Shown here piece by piece: positions 40,001-49,821 of a stretch of 64,000 bases of DNA; position 1 is the stretch's first letter; the number at the start of each line of letters is the position of its first letter. This DNA is from Octopus vulgaris (taxonomy: Eukaryota): contig OX597829.1 in assembly GCA_951406725.2 (NCBI GenBank), positions 41,230,001 through 41,294,000 of the forward strand. Direction: 5' to 3'. A program made the translations under genes and the position numbers. The notes below the pieces were generated by a model. That model had not been told where the DNA came from and searched no databases. It saw nothing but the letters and a program-made list of their open reading frames with translations.

Positions 40001-43000
40001 GGTTGTTGTAGAATTATCAAACTTTCTCAAATTAAATTCCTAGTTTTTCTTTGTTTCTTACTTTTGTATTCTTTCATCTCACTTTCACTTTCTCTTTTGT
40101 GTTTATTTGTGTTGCAGCGCATCAAATCAAACCAGATACACAAATTGCTACGTGAAGAGAAGGATAGTTCTGCAGAACAAGTAGCTACGCTTCATGGTCA
40201 AGTGCAGGCACAGAACCAAGTGGTACGAAAGCTTGAAGAAAAAGAACGCATCCTGCAGAACAACCTTGCTACAGTTGAAAAAGAACTCAGGTATGTGTGC
40301 ATGCGTGTGTGTGTTTGTTCATTATTTAAGGCATCATAGCAGTATGGTTAAGAAATTCATATTGCAGTCTTGTGGTCCTGGGTTCAAACTTGTCACATGG
40401 TATCTTGGCAAGTGTGTTTTATCATAGCTTAGTGGTTATAAACCTGAAAAAATACAGGACAAGTTATTACACCTGGAAAAGTATAGGACAGGCTATTACA
40501 TCTTGTAAAGTAAAGAATAAGAAACTTTTTACTTAAAATATTGCAGCAAAGAATAAAATTTGAAAATATTATAAACTAAAAGTTATACAAATTATAATTA
40601 ATTGTAAGCAAAAAAACAAAATTTTATAAAATAATCATAGTACATCATAAAATAATGAGGTACGTCATAAAATAATTAAAGAGAAAAGGAAAGGCAAAAA
40701 AGCAGAAAGCAAGTTAATTAAAGCTGAAAGAGAAAATTAATCATAAAATTTAAATTTACCCTAATTCAACAGCATATTAAAAATAACTTTATAAAATATT
40801 TAATTTAAAAAACAAAATATACAAAAGAATGAAAGGCAAAGTTGACCTTGGCAGAATTTGAACTCAAAACATACAGACAAAATATCACTCGGCATTTCGC
40901 CCGGCGTGCTAATGTTTCTGCCAGCTTGCCGCCTAATAATGTAAGCATTCATATTAGAAAGATATTCTTAAAATTAATTAAAATGAATTGAAAATGTAAT
41001 TCTAATATTAAAGAATAATTTCAAAATAAAAATAGCTTTTTAGAAATTTTTAAGAACGTACTATAGCAACAATCCTAGTAAGAAGAGAGAGAGAATGAGA
41101 AGTGAAGAATAAGAGCACTAAAACTAAAATTTTATGCTTCTTTTTCTTCTCTCCTTCCATCTCCTTATTCTTTTACTCCCTTCCTCTATGTTGTCATCTT
41201 ATTAATATATACCATTCTCATTTTCCATATTTTTTCCCCCTATTTGTCTCTGATGACGGAATGTCCCATACTCTGGGGTATCCTAGAAACAGCTGTAAGA
41301 TTTTGAATCTCTTCCTATAATAATATTGTATGTGACTTGAGATGTTTTCCTTGCCTTAATGTTTGCTGTCCTCTTTAACAATTACATATCCACTGTATCG
41401 GAAATTTGCAATGACTCCACAACTACCGTCTCAGCCTATAACCTTGGAGCCCTAGTTATCCATTACACCACTTACCTAGCATACCTAATCGTTTATGGTC
41501 TATATACTCCTCATGGAATAATTTCATAGATTGGATTTCAGTTGCATAGAACTCTGCATTGGATTCCTATGTGATATGATAGCCGGGTCCACTAGTGGAG
41601 CTTTCTGTGATTGCCATAGGATTCTATGAATCCAAATATTGCACCACAAATTTTTATATACATATGTATGTATATAGCTTGAACTGTTCCTTCTGTTTCT
41701 GGATTTTTCAGCCTACGTCAACAAGCCATGGAGATGCACAAACGAAAAGCAGTAGAAAGTGCTCAGGCAGCAGCTGATCTGAAGTTACGCCTTGATAAAT
41801 ATCAATCACAGTTGAAAGAGGCCCAAGTTGCTGTTGCCGAAAAGACTGCGCACTTGGAGAAGGAATCATTCAAGTTTAAACGGATGCAGGTAAGCTCCAA
41901 ATCTTCAACTGCAAAGTGATATCTTTACCTGCACCTGCATCTGTGTATAGTCAAATTGATGGAGACACATCTGATGAGAATCCAATAAGGTTTGAAAAAT
42001 CAATTAAAGCTGTTCGTTTTTATAAAGGCAGTGCTCCAGCATGGCTGCTGTTTAATGACTGAAACGAGTAAAAGGTAACAGGTATAAATGAAAGATATGC
42101 CTAAACATATTTGCTTCCTACACCTTGTGTCCTTTTATCATACCTTACTCTGCTATTTTTACCACTTAATGCTACTAATCTGTATTTGTGATCTTGCAGG
42201 AGGAAGTAGCAAGCCTTCGACGTAAGCTTGAGCGTTCAAAGAAAATAGAGATGGCTGGTGCTGCTGATGAAGTTCTCATGGAGGAGATAAAAGAGTACAA
42301 GGTAAGTCCTCGAGTCAGAGGAAGACTACTGATGGTAAATTATTTCACTTGGTTATTGCTTAACGCTTAAGCATTTAGATTATTCTATCAACTGAAATGC
42401 TTATTTATTTACATTACCTGAAATTAATCCTGGATTATCTTGTATTTTTGAGATTTTGATGTTATAACTGTTTATTTTTAGGATGACATTGTAGGATAGG
42501 TGTGAGAGGACAGATCTGACCTGTTTGAACCTAAAGCGGGTAGAATATTTTGCCCGGAATGTGGCCGGTTTAAATGCTAATGGGTTAACCTCTCCTTCCA
42601 CTACTGTGTCAACCTTGATCAACCAGGCCTATGACTTTCCTGTCTTTGTACAGTGATTGTGTGTATATGTGTGCATGCATGTGTGTGTATCATCATCATC
42701 ATTGTCATCATCAATTAATGTCCGTTTTCCATGCTGGAATGGGTTGCATGTTTTGACTGAGGTCTGGAGAGCCAGCGGCTGCATCGGGCTCCAATCTGAT
42801 CTGGCAGAGCTTCTACAGTTGGATGCCCTTCCTAATGTGAACCACTCCGAGAGTGTAGTGGGTGCTTTTTATGTGCCAATGGCACAGGAGCCAGTAAGGC
42901 GGGCCTGGCAATGATCATGTTCAGATAGTGCTTTTTAAATGCCACCAGTACAGGAGCCAGGCAAGGGATACTGGCATTAGTTATGATTAGTTGGTTTTTT

Positions 43001-45266
43001 TTTTACATGCCACCGGCACAGTAGCCAGTCAGACGGACCTGGCATTGACCACATTCAGATGGTGCTTTTTACATGCCAGCGACATAGGAGCCAATCAGGA
43101 GCACCGGCTCCAGCAACGATATTGGTTTTACTTGACTCAACAAGTCTTCTCAAGCATCAGGAGTATTCTTTACTGGGCTGGACGTGCATGGCTGCGATAT
43201 CACTTCACTTGCTGGGTCTTCTCAATCACCAGCGTATCTCCAAAAGTCCCGGTCTCCTATCATTGCCTCTGTGAGGCCCAATATTCGAAGGTCATGCTTC
43301 ACCACCTCATCCCATGTCTTCATGGGTCTACCTCTTCCTTACACAGCTGTCCTCATCCATATGTAACACATGGCCATACCAGTGCAGTCGGCTCTCTTGC
43401 AAACAACACATTTGATGCTTCTTATATCCAACTTTTCTCTCAGAGTGCTTAAACTCTGTTGTGTATGCACACTGACATTACACATCCAGCAGATCATACT
43501 AGCTTCATTTCTTTCAAGCCTACGCATGTCCTCAGCATTCATGGCAGTTCATACACATGCATCATACAGTCTACCTTTCATCCTGAGCAAGAGGCTCATT
43601 GTTGCCAGCAGAGATAGGAGCTACCTGAACTTTGCCCAGGCTTTTCTTATTCTAGCCACTACACCGTCAGAGCAACCACCACCACTACAGACTTGGTCGC
43701 CTAGGTAACAGAAGCTATTAACTACTTCTACTTTCTTCCCCTAGCATTTGATGGAATCTGTTTTCTCTACATATTCAGTGTTTGTTGCCCCAGACTCCTT
43801 CATGAAGTACCTGATTTACAATGCGGTGACAAGACCATAACTCACACTGTTCGATATTTTAAATATCTCGGCAGTGATTCCTAATGGGCCAGGTGCTTTC
43901 CCTGTCTTCATATCCTTAATTGCTTTATCTACCTGGGTACTGTCAATTCAGAAAGCTGGTCCCTCAGTTGGGTCAACCTTTGGCAGACTCTCCTCCTCCC
44001 ATTCATTCTCCACATTCAGCAGTCTTTCATAATGGCACCTCCAAGCCTCTTTCTTTGCAGAATCATTGAATGCAAGGGCACCATCATCCATGCAGACACA
44101 TTTCTCTCCTATGACATCATGGTTTTCTCTCACACACTGTCTTGCAATCCAAAATACTTCAGTTCTTTGTTCCTCACGTCACTGAACATTGGCAAACTTC
44201 TTCTTTTCTGCTACTCCCTTGGCTATATATAATTGTCTCTTAGCTTCCCTTTTGACTATCTGATACATTCTCCTGCAACCCCCTCTCTTCCAAGCATTCC
44301 AGGCCTGTTTCTTTGCTCTAATGGCCCTGTCTACAGTATTGTTCCACCACCATGTTACTCTAGGTCTGGAAGGGACTTTGCACCAGCCACAGATTTGGTC
44401 TGTGGCACTCAACAAGCTGTCTCACAGGAATTCCCAGCTGTCTTCTATGTCACAGGACTGTAGCTCCTCCTCCCTCTCATCAAATTTCTCGCTAAGGATA
44501 TCCCTAAATCTTTGACCATGTGAAGGGTTCCTAAGCTTCCAAGTCCTTCATTTCCAGATTGGTCTGGTTTTAGGCATCTTTCTGGCCTCAAGTCTAAAGT
44601 CACTAATAACCAGTCTATGTTGGGAGGTACATTCTTCACCAGGGAGGGTCTTTGTATTTAAGAGCAACTATGTATCCCGCTGTCTGGTGAGAATGAAATC
44701 ATCCGGCTAGCGGAGTCACCTGATTGATATCTATATATATAAAACTGTAGTTGTGTGAGTGTCTGTCCTCTTCGATTTAGATTCCTAACTACTCCCACAT
44801 TTTGCGGTGCAGTTTAACCAAATTCGGGTATCTTATAGTCGTGATTCATATCGAGCCCGTCTGAGTATTAGCGCGCGTCTACGATGAGTCTACGATTTTA
44901 AAAATAATTTAACATCATTTTTTATTCCATTTTAATGCATAATTTTTCGTGTGTCGATGGCGGCGGAGTTAGCGTCCATGGTCACACCTGCACCTGTTTG
45001 CTTCTCCCCCCTCTTCCCTCCCTCATGAAGCTGTGGGGAAGGGAGTGTAAGGAAATCAACGTCGTAAAGCGTTGTCAAGGAGACCAGCGTTCTATCAAAC
45101 AGTGAGAATGGGACATTCATCTCCATGTTGTAGTTGAACATCCCATGGGACAGACGTGAATAATAATTGAGAGATATCTCTCTCAACATGAAACCAGCGG
45201 TAGGTTAGTTAACCCATGAACAAAGAAAAAATACTATCTATCTACCTACGTACCTATCTATCTACC

Positions 45267-45297
<31 letters not shown>

Positions 45298-45554
45298 AAA
45301 TATATATATATGTAAATATATGTTATGTATATAATGATATTCATGTTGTAATTTTCTATTTCTTTCTCTCTCTGCAGGAGCAACTGACCTGTCCGTCCTG
45401 CAAGGTCAAGCGTAAGGATGCTGTGCTGACCAAGTGCTTCCATGTGTTTTGCCTAGAATGTCTAAAGACGCGCTATGAGACTCGCCAGCGTAAATGCCCC
45501 AAGTGCAATGCTGGGTTCGGTGCCAACGATTACCATCGATTATATCTCACTTAA
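4292..45554 (+). CDS. Bre1: E3 ubiquitin-protein ligase Bre1 (RNF20/RNF40 family, histone H2B monoubiquitination); span of 18 coding exons, 1003 aa
   Basis: Manual splicing gives 18 exons, all GT-AG with matching phases, total 3012 nt including stop. Family motifs recognised: [114 protein letters not shown], and a terminal C3HC4 RING. Confidence 0.97.
4435..4745. mobile_element. Mariner-like terminal fragment just inside Bre1 intron 1
   Basis: TA followed by gagtctgatcaaaaagt, and tctccttcaaagtagtcccc, typical of mariner ends (from recall). Confidence 0.4.
6017..6236. mobile_element. Second piggyBac-like MITE family (other copies near 2590-2810, 42370-42585, 48030-48435)
   Basis: ttaaccctttagcattcagatt start; relatives end aatgctaa.gggttaa. 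Confidence 0.65.
7311..7531. mobile_element. piggyBac-like MITE
   Basis: TTAA on both sides; TIR ccctttcgttacc / ggtatcgaaaggg. Confidence 0.85.
9407..9574 (+). CDS. Bre1: Bre1 coding exon 2 (EELDVKVL...RYWNQ)
   Basis: Poly-Y ttacag acceptor, donor GTTAGT at 9575, 168 nt, phase 0-0. Confidence 0.95.
10015..10395 (+). mobile_element. tRNA-derived SINE family A (representative)
   Basis: A/B-box head (tggctgtgtggtaag...gggttcagtc), internal (TA)/(TG) tract, tail ccagcatggc.gcagtcaaatgactgaaacaagtaaaagag. Copies at 163-528, 4800-5058, 17672-17990, 19650-20095 (+) and 35585-35960, 50020-50230, 60000-60390 (-). Confidence 0.9.
11680..11743 (+). CDS. Bre1: Bre1 coding exon 3 ([21 protein letters not shown])
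   Basis: Acceptor tattttcag, donor GTTAGT at 11744, 64 nt, phase 0-1; absent from the ORF track. Confidence 0.93.
11877..12224 (+). mobile_element. Non-autonomous Helitron-type element (same family as 1149-1510)
   Basis: A^TC...hairpin-CTAG^T; collinear with 1149-1510. Confidence 0.8.
14171..14500 (+). CDS. Bre1: Bre1 coding exon 4 ([16 protein letters not shown]...poly-Pro...KPKLEP)
   Basis: Acceptor cttattgtag, donor GTATGG at 14501, 330 nt, phase 1-1. Confidence 0.9.
15837..15892. repeat. (TA)n microsatellite, representative of many (TA)n, (TG)n, (CT)n, (ATG)n, (CTA)n and (ATCT)n tracts
   Basis: Seen directly; others at 13588-13638, 36979-37019, 45885-45935, 46160-46250, 46830-46862, 59657-59693, 63735-63860. 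Confidence 0.95.
16141..16445. repeat. Long foldback inverted repeat (about 133-bp arms, 39-nt loop) between TA microsatellites
   Basis: 16141-16273 is the reverse complement of 16313-16445 with scattered mismatches. Confidence 0.85.
16720..16950. repeat. About 55-bp tandem repeat (about 4 units) inside an RTE 3'UTR repeat
   Basis: tttatgtgccaccgacacaggtgccagacgaggctggcagacggccacgctcggatggtg recurs. Confidence 0.85.
18066..18364 (+). CDS. Bre1: Bre1 coding exon 5 (acidic linker, then [24 protein letters not shown])
   Basis: Acceptor ctgttacag, donor GTTTGT at 18365, 299 nt, phase 1-0; the 5' boundary is less certain. Confidence 0.85.
19387..19605 (+). CDS. Bre1: Bre1 coding exon 6 (ASELQDTV...GVSKNK)
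   Basis: Acceptor ttttag, donor GTGAGG at 19606, 219 nt, phase 0-0. Confidence 0.93.
21659..21784 (+). CDS. Bre1: Bre1 coding exon 7 ([19 protein letters not shown]...LRMD)
   Basis: Branch-like ctaac then acceptor aaacag; donor GTAAGT at 21785; 126 nt. Confidence 0.93.
23175..23485. repeat. Imperfect tandem duplication (about 165 bp) of a decayed MITE fragment upstream of exon 8
   Basis: taaaataattaatttgttt..ttattaaactgagttttggg.cttaagttaata at 23175 and 23342; ctaaagataaatgt ends both units. Confidence 0.7.
23534..23707 (+). CDS. Bre1: Bre1 coding exon 8 (LQHLPEHV...IEQME)
   Basis: Acceptor gtttttag, donor GTAAGA at 23708, 174 nt. Confidence 0.95.
25077..25212 (+). CDS. Bre1: Bre1 coding exon 9 ([13 protein letters not shown]...AANEQT)
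   Basis: Acceptor tttactctag, donor GTAAGT at 25213, 136 nt, phase 0-1. Confidence 0.95.
27535..27656 (+). CDS. Bre1: Bre1 coding exon 10 ([11 protein letters not shown]...AELSK)
   Basis: Acceptor ttgcag, donor GTAAGA at 27657, 122 nt, phase 1-0. Confidence 0.95.
28590..30000 (+). mobile_element. Highly decayed RTE LINE (endonuclease region) interrupted by younger repeats
   Basis: Residual similarity to an RTE APE N-terminus (NVGT.KGRSG) near 28620-28680; nested inserts at 28810-28900 and 28957-29187; boundaries approximate. Confidence 0.45.
31362..31600 (+). CDS. Bre1: Bre1 coding exon 11 (low-complexity linker ...[13 protein letters not shown])
   Basis: Acceptor tttttctctag, donor GTGAGT at 31601, 239 nt, phase 0-2. 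Confidence 0.92.
32020..32480 (-). mobile_element. 3' fragment of a second RTE/RTEX-type LINE
   Basis: Minus-strand peptide [33 protein letters not shown]...RRVQFAGHC, followed by a short tgatgac tail. Confidence 0.8.
32978..33065 (+). CDS. Bre1: Bre1 coding exon 12 ([29 protein letters not shown])
   Basis: Acceptor taattag, donor GTAAAA at 33066, 88 nt, phase 2-0; absent from the ORF track. Confidence 0.93.
33419..33788 (-). mobile_element. Non-autonomous Helitron-type element (same family, minus strand)
   Basis: Reverse complement of 1149-1510, with A/T junctions. Confidence 0.8.
34625..35063. repeat. Inverted repeat (about 95-bp arms) with a degenerate hammerhead in the spacer
   Basis: Arms 34625-34721 and 34968-35063; minus-strand CTGAAGA...GAAA-tcatga-TT at 34794-34860. 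Confidence 0.75.
35300..35535. mobile_element. Mariner-like MITE
   Basis: TA-flanked, degenerate TIRs (gggggtgc.aaagttc.tggcttta / taaaaccaggaacttttca..ccccc). Confidence 0.55.
36026..36208 (+). CDS. Bre1: Bre1 coding exon 13 (LMKAEKK...LAAQKQ)
   Basis: Acceptor gttgcag, donor GTCAGA at 36209, 183 nt. Confidence 0.94.
36430..36979. repeat. Two adjacent foldback elements in TA tracts (36430-36652 and 36722-36979)
   Basis: Reverse-complement arms visible, e.g. tgccaaatatgccgaaaatagacaaaatc/gattttgtctattttcggcatatttggca and aacaattgcagcgtggaagg/ccttccacgctgcaattgtt. Confidence 0.8.
37408..37602. mobile_element. Internally inverted fragment of the 50.6-51.6 kb hammerhead repeat family, with 13-bp target-site duplication
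   Basis: cataattgaacat at 37395-37407 and 37603-37615; shares blocks with 50950-51220. Confidence 0.7.
37756..37884 (+). CDS. Bre1: Bre1 coding exon 14 ([23 protein letters not shown]...FKLMSE)
   Basis: Acceptor aatgtag, donor GTTGGT at 37885, 129 nt. Confidence 0.95.
37915..38262 (+). mobile_element. 3' fragment of a CR1/L2-group LINE
   Basis: Peptide [35 protein letters not shown], typical of CR1-group ORF2 C-termini, then a 3' stem-loop and short repeat tail. Confidence 0.7.
39030..39345. repeat. Degenerate ~28-bp minisatellite (about 11 units)
   Basis: Unit approximately ctggcacaggtgctttttatgtagca, a module of the RTE 3'UTR repeat. Confidence 0.7.
40118..40290 (+). CDS. Bre1: Bre1 coding exon 15 ([11 protein letters not shown]...VEKEL)
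   Basis: Acceptor gttgcag, donor GTATGT at 40291, 173 nt, phase 0-2. Confidence 0.95.
41246..41301 (+). ncRNA. Minimal type I hammerhead ribozyme motif, sense in Bre1 intron 15
   Basis: gtct-CTGATGA-c.gga(a)tgtccca/tactc/tggggtatcc.ta-GAAA-cagctg-TA^agat; GUA site at 41297. Confidence 0.75.
41712..41889 (+). CDS. Bre1: Bre1 coding exon 16 ([13 protein letters not shown]...FKRMQ)
   Basis: Acceptor tttttcag, donor GTAAGC at 41890, 178 nt, phase 2-0. Confidence 0.95.
42200..42301 (+). CDS. Bre1: Bre1 coding exon 17 ([11 protein letters not shown]...[12 protein letters not shown])
   Basis: Acceptor cttgcag, donor GTAAGT at 42302, 102 nt. Confidence 0.95.
42690..44725 (-). mobile_element. Degenerate RTE-clade LINE (end of endonuclease, deleted RT, C-terminus, 3'UTR, (ATG)n tail)
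   Basis: Frameshifted peptides [69 protein letters not shown]; contiguous with the common 3'UTR repeat. Confidence 0.85.
45378..45554 (+). CDS. Bre1: Bre1 last coding exon, C3HC4 RING finger ([58 protein letters not shown])
   Basis: Acceptor ctctctctgcag; C-x2-C, C-x-H-x2-C-x2-C, C-x2-C spacing; TAA at 45552-45554; absent from the ORF track. Confidence 0.97.
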   Translation, partial: EQLTCPSCKVKRKDAVLTKCFHVFCLECLKTRYETRQRKCPKCNAGFGANDYHRLYLT

Positions 45555-45901
45555 AACAAACCTTCATATTTGGACAAGTGGAATTTTTAAATCGGGAGTA
45601 GATTGGAGTATTTCATTTTCCTCGGGGAAATTTTCATGTGTGTGTGTGTGTGTTTGCGCATGTGTTAGAATGAGTGAGTGTGTGCATGTGTGTGTATCAT
45701 AGGCTGAGTTTTGGAATATAAAAGAATGTTATCATCACTACCAGTTACTCATTGCTACTTGTGAACTGTATGCAGTGAGTCGATTGTTTTTTTATGAAGC
45801 AGGGCAGTTTGTGTTTGACAGACTAAAATAATCTCATGTTTACTCCCACTCCCCTTTATCTAGATTATGGAGGTTATATGTGTGTATATATATATATATA
45901 T

Positions 45902-45940
<39 letters not shown>

Positions 45941-46219
45941 AAAACATCTTGGGGAAACGTCCTTTTTTTTTCTTTTTTTTGCAATATCCTCCTCCACTTG
46001 TAATTGGGTTTGCTTTTATAGCAAAGTGTTTGCTACAAACAACCATTACTGATTTGGTGGAAAATCATAAGAAATGTGGATGCTCTACCATCCGCGCGCC
46101 TCTCGACTCAGTGACGATCAATGTTTTATGTGTATGTTTCTCTTGTGTGTGCATATGTCTATATCTATATCTATGTATCTATCTATCTATGTATGTATGT
46201 CTGTCTATCTATCTATTTA

Positions 46220-46254
<35 letters not shown>

Positions 46255-46826
46255 CCCATACCACCATGGACAATGGACATGAAGTGATGATGATGATGAT
46301 ATATATATATATATATATTTATAGATAGATAGATAGACAGGTAGATTGATATATAGATATACTTGTATATTTATTTCTATGTTTGTGCATGTATATGCAC
46401 ATATATTTTTCTATATATATACACACACAAGTGTGTGTTTTTGTTTTAGTTCTTCCACTTTTTTTTGCAGTCTTTGTTATTATTTTACATATACATTTGT
46501 TGGCGCTAAATGTTTCTGATTTGTTTTTACTTTTGCTCCCGTTGGCATTCACTGTTGCAATGCGTTTTCATAGCTCATGTGTTCATGTTTTTTTTGTTTT
46601 TTTTTGTTTCATACACCCCCATTTGCCAAGTTCTCTGTTCACAAGACATGTTTTCTGTGTTTGTAAACTCTTCTTATGCTTTCCATAAAGATTACTGTAT
46701 GTCCACGACTAATCATGTTTTGTCAGTCCCTTATGAGAGAACTGTCATTTGTTGTCTTGTTGGCACAGACTACTACATGGTCTTTATTTAAATCATTGAT
46801 CAATTCGCAAAAATAGAAACCTTTTC

Positions 46827-46867
<41 letters not shown>

Positions 46868-46996
46868 ACTTTATTTTTTGATGTTACCACTGATATGCCC
46901 GATTTGTACCTAATTCAAATGTACCAAATTTCCCTTTGTGCATAAGCAGGGTACTTGGTTTCAGTTTTAAATCATTTCTCATGTTTTAATTCACAA

Positions 46997-47002
46997 AATA
47001 AA
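46997..47002 (+). terminator. Probable Bre1 polyadenylation signal (3'UTR about 1.45 kb, microsatellite-rich)
   Basis: AATAAA followed by GT-rich (tttgttgt) and poly-T tracts. Confidence 0.6.
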
Positions 47003-48855
47003 ATTCCTGCTGTACATCATATTTGTTGTATTTATATCTGAGCCTTTTTTTTTTTTTTCTTCTCTGTTTCTTCATGGTTTAAGTCACAGGTCTTCTAAGG
47101 TGAGATCAATTGATTGCAAGGTCAATATTTGGTTGAACCTATGTAAATCAATATCTACAGCAACAATGTGAATAGGAGGCAAATTCTAGTGGATTTGACA
47201 TGTTGGAAATGAAGGATTAGTGTAGGTGGTTATGGTTTGAGGATTTGGTAACACTGTGTGTAATTGTGCCAAATATAGGTGGTGTGTAAAAGCTACTGCA
47301 GGGGAACAGATTTGTGTTGTAGTAGCAATGAATGGAGGAGGAGGAGACTGATTCTATGAGTTACATTCTGTAGTGTGTTACTTGTGAATTTTTTTGCCAA
47401 TAAATCAATAATTAGAGCTGAAGTATTTTCTGCTGCCAAAGAAGAAAATTAGTGATTAAGGTGTACTTTGAGAATGGTGTGGATTGGCAGTCACCAGGAA
47501 GCATCAATAGCAATTCATCATCGTCATCATCATTTAACGTCCGCTTTCCATGCTAGCATGGGTTGGACGGTTTGACCAGGGTCTGGGAAGCCAGGAGGCT
47601 GCACCAGGCTCGTCTGATCTGGCAGTGTTTCTACAGCTGGATGCCCTTCCTAGCGCCAACCACTCCGTGAGTGTAGTGGGTGCTTTTTACGTGCCACCAG
47701 CACAGGGGCCAGAGGAAGCTGGCAAACTGCCACGATCAGTTGGTGCTTTTAACGTGTCACCGGCACGGGTATCTTAACTACAATTTCCATTTGATTTTCA
47801 TTTTGATGTTGGTGTTAACGTACTTGACTCAGTAGGTCTCCTCAAGAATAGCGGGTCACTCTATGCTCCAAGGTAAGCACAGCAGGCCGTCCTGCGAGCC
47901 ATGGACTCACTTCATTTGTCAGGTCTTCAAAGTCACAGCATATCTCCAGAGGTCTTGGTCTTTCGTCATAGCCTCTGTGAGGCTCAACGTACGAAGGTCA
48001 TGCTTGACCACCTCGTCCCATTTAAAAATAAACAATTTAAATAAACAATCAGATTGAAATCTCAAAGCTACAAGACATTGTCTGATTAATTCAAAGCAAT
48101 ATGAATAAATAAGCATTGCATTTGACAGAGTAAAGTAAAAAGGCACATGTCAGGGCAAGGTTGTTTATGGAAGGCTAGGAGTTACCCATGCATACCAGCC
48201 TCCCACTCCATACCCCAATGTTATCCAAGGAAAAGGCAAAGGCTGATACAGCTTGGTACCAGTGACGTCGTAACCCATTTCTACAGTTGAGCGAACTGGA
48301 GAAACATGCTCAAGAACACAACACACAGCTCCGTCCAGGAATCGAACTCACTACCTCATGATTGTGAGCTCAACACTCCAACCACTGAACCATGTGCCTT
48401 CACATTTGTCTGAGTTATCAGAATGCTAAAGAGTTAAAGACCTAGCTACTGTTTTTATCATCAAAACTCAACTCTACCACACACCACAGTGATGATGTTG
48501 CTGTGTGGTCACTTGAATTGCTAGAAATAACAATCAAAACTTCTTCATGGCTACTTGAATTATCAAAGGACTAATTTATCCAGTGTGTACTTGAAATTTT
48601 TAAGATATTACAATGTGATTTGTACTTTTACTATTTCCATTGGGTCATCCACAAAGTTTTGAGTGTTTTTGGAGGATGGAACCAAATTTTATTTCCAATA
48701 CAATAATTTCTGTTCATCAAAATACCCTCCTGATTCTCTTCATGAATTTAGTCCATCTTTTCAACAGCTTCAAAATTTCTTTCCACATAGAACTGCTCTG
48801 TCTTGGAAAAAAAGAATGTACCCAGATGGTTTTTGAGTGAATTGAAACCATTTAA

Positions 48856-49316
48856 CCCTTTCGTTACCAACCCAGCTGAAACCGGCTTTGGCTCTGAGTA
48901 CAAATGTCTTGTTTTCATGAGTTTTGAATTAAAATCTTCCACCAAACCTTTGTCACAATTTATGTTCCTAACACTAGCTTAATGATAACTAAGTTATTTT
49001 ACTAAATTCTTTGTTATATTTAAAGTAATTGAAAGAAACACAGAGCATCTCAAAATAAATACAGTAAGGAAAGGGTTAAAATATATAATAGAGAAATAAT
49101 TCTTAAGCCTTTTGATACTAACCTGGCTGAAACTGGCTCTGAGTACAAATGTCTTGTTTTCATAAGTTTTGAATTAAAATCTTCCACCAAACCTTAGTCG
49201 CAATTTATGTTCCTAACACTAGCTTAAGTTACTAAATTTTTACTAAATTCTTTGTCAGATTTAAAGCAATTGAAAGAAACATGAAGCATCTCAAAATAAA
49301 TACAGTAACGAAAGGG
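48856..49316. mobile_element. Two adjacent piggyBac-like MITEs (48856-49075 and 49107-49316), same family as 7311-7531
   Basis: Each flanked by TTAA and ending aaaggg; internal sequences collinear. Confidence 0.85.
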
Positions 49317-49586
49317 TTAATAGTTTCCTGTTCCTGGAATTTTGGAGAAATCTTAACAAATGAATGTCAGGTAGTGCAATGTTACGAGAGTATGATGCAT
49401 GTGGTGAAAAATACCAGCCAAACTCCTACAACTTTGTGTGAGTAATCGAAAGCACAAGCAGCCTTCATTAAACATAACCCTTATCCAGTTGACTACTTTT
49501 GGCCTCATCTGGTGAATTTTTGTTTTTTGATTCATTTTCTCCAGATGATGCTTATATATTTCAGAATTGATTGTTTAAATTTATAA

Positions 49587-49821
49587 AGCGGCGAGCTGGC
49601 AGAAACGTTAGCACGCCGGGTGGAATGCCTAGCAGTATTTCGTCTGCCGCTACGTTCTGAGTTCAAATTCCGCCGAGGTCAACTTTGCCTTTCATATCCT
49701 TTCCGGGTCGATTAAATTAGTACCAGTTACGCACTGGGGTCAATGTAATCGACTTAATATGTTTGTCTGTCCTTGTTTGTCCCCTCTGTGTGTGGCTCCT
49801 TGTGGGTAGTAAAGAAATAAG
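49587..49821 (+). mobile_element. tRNA-derived SINE family D (representative)
   Basis: gcggcgagctggcagaa...gagttcaaattcc head, central ggtcgactttgcctttcatcctttcggggtcgataaa block, tail gcccttgtggg..taaagaaata. Copies at 7876-8107, 13939-14148, 24630-24850, 28957-29187, 30345-30580 (+) and 11330-11535, 38770-38985, 40830-40935 (-). Confidence 0.88.

Noticed and set aside
41390-41650. Possible Penelope ORF remnant downstream of the intronic hammerhead
   Set aside because: No recognisable RT or GIY-YIG motif could be read by eye.
41968-42010. Additional hammerhead candidates (ctgatga at 41971, 56072, 3718, 60681)
   Set aside because: The GAAA/NUH half or the stem I/III pairing is missing; at best decayed relics.
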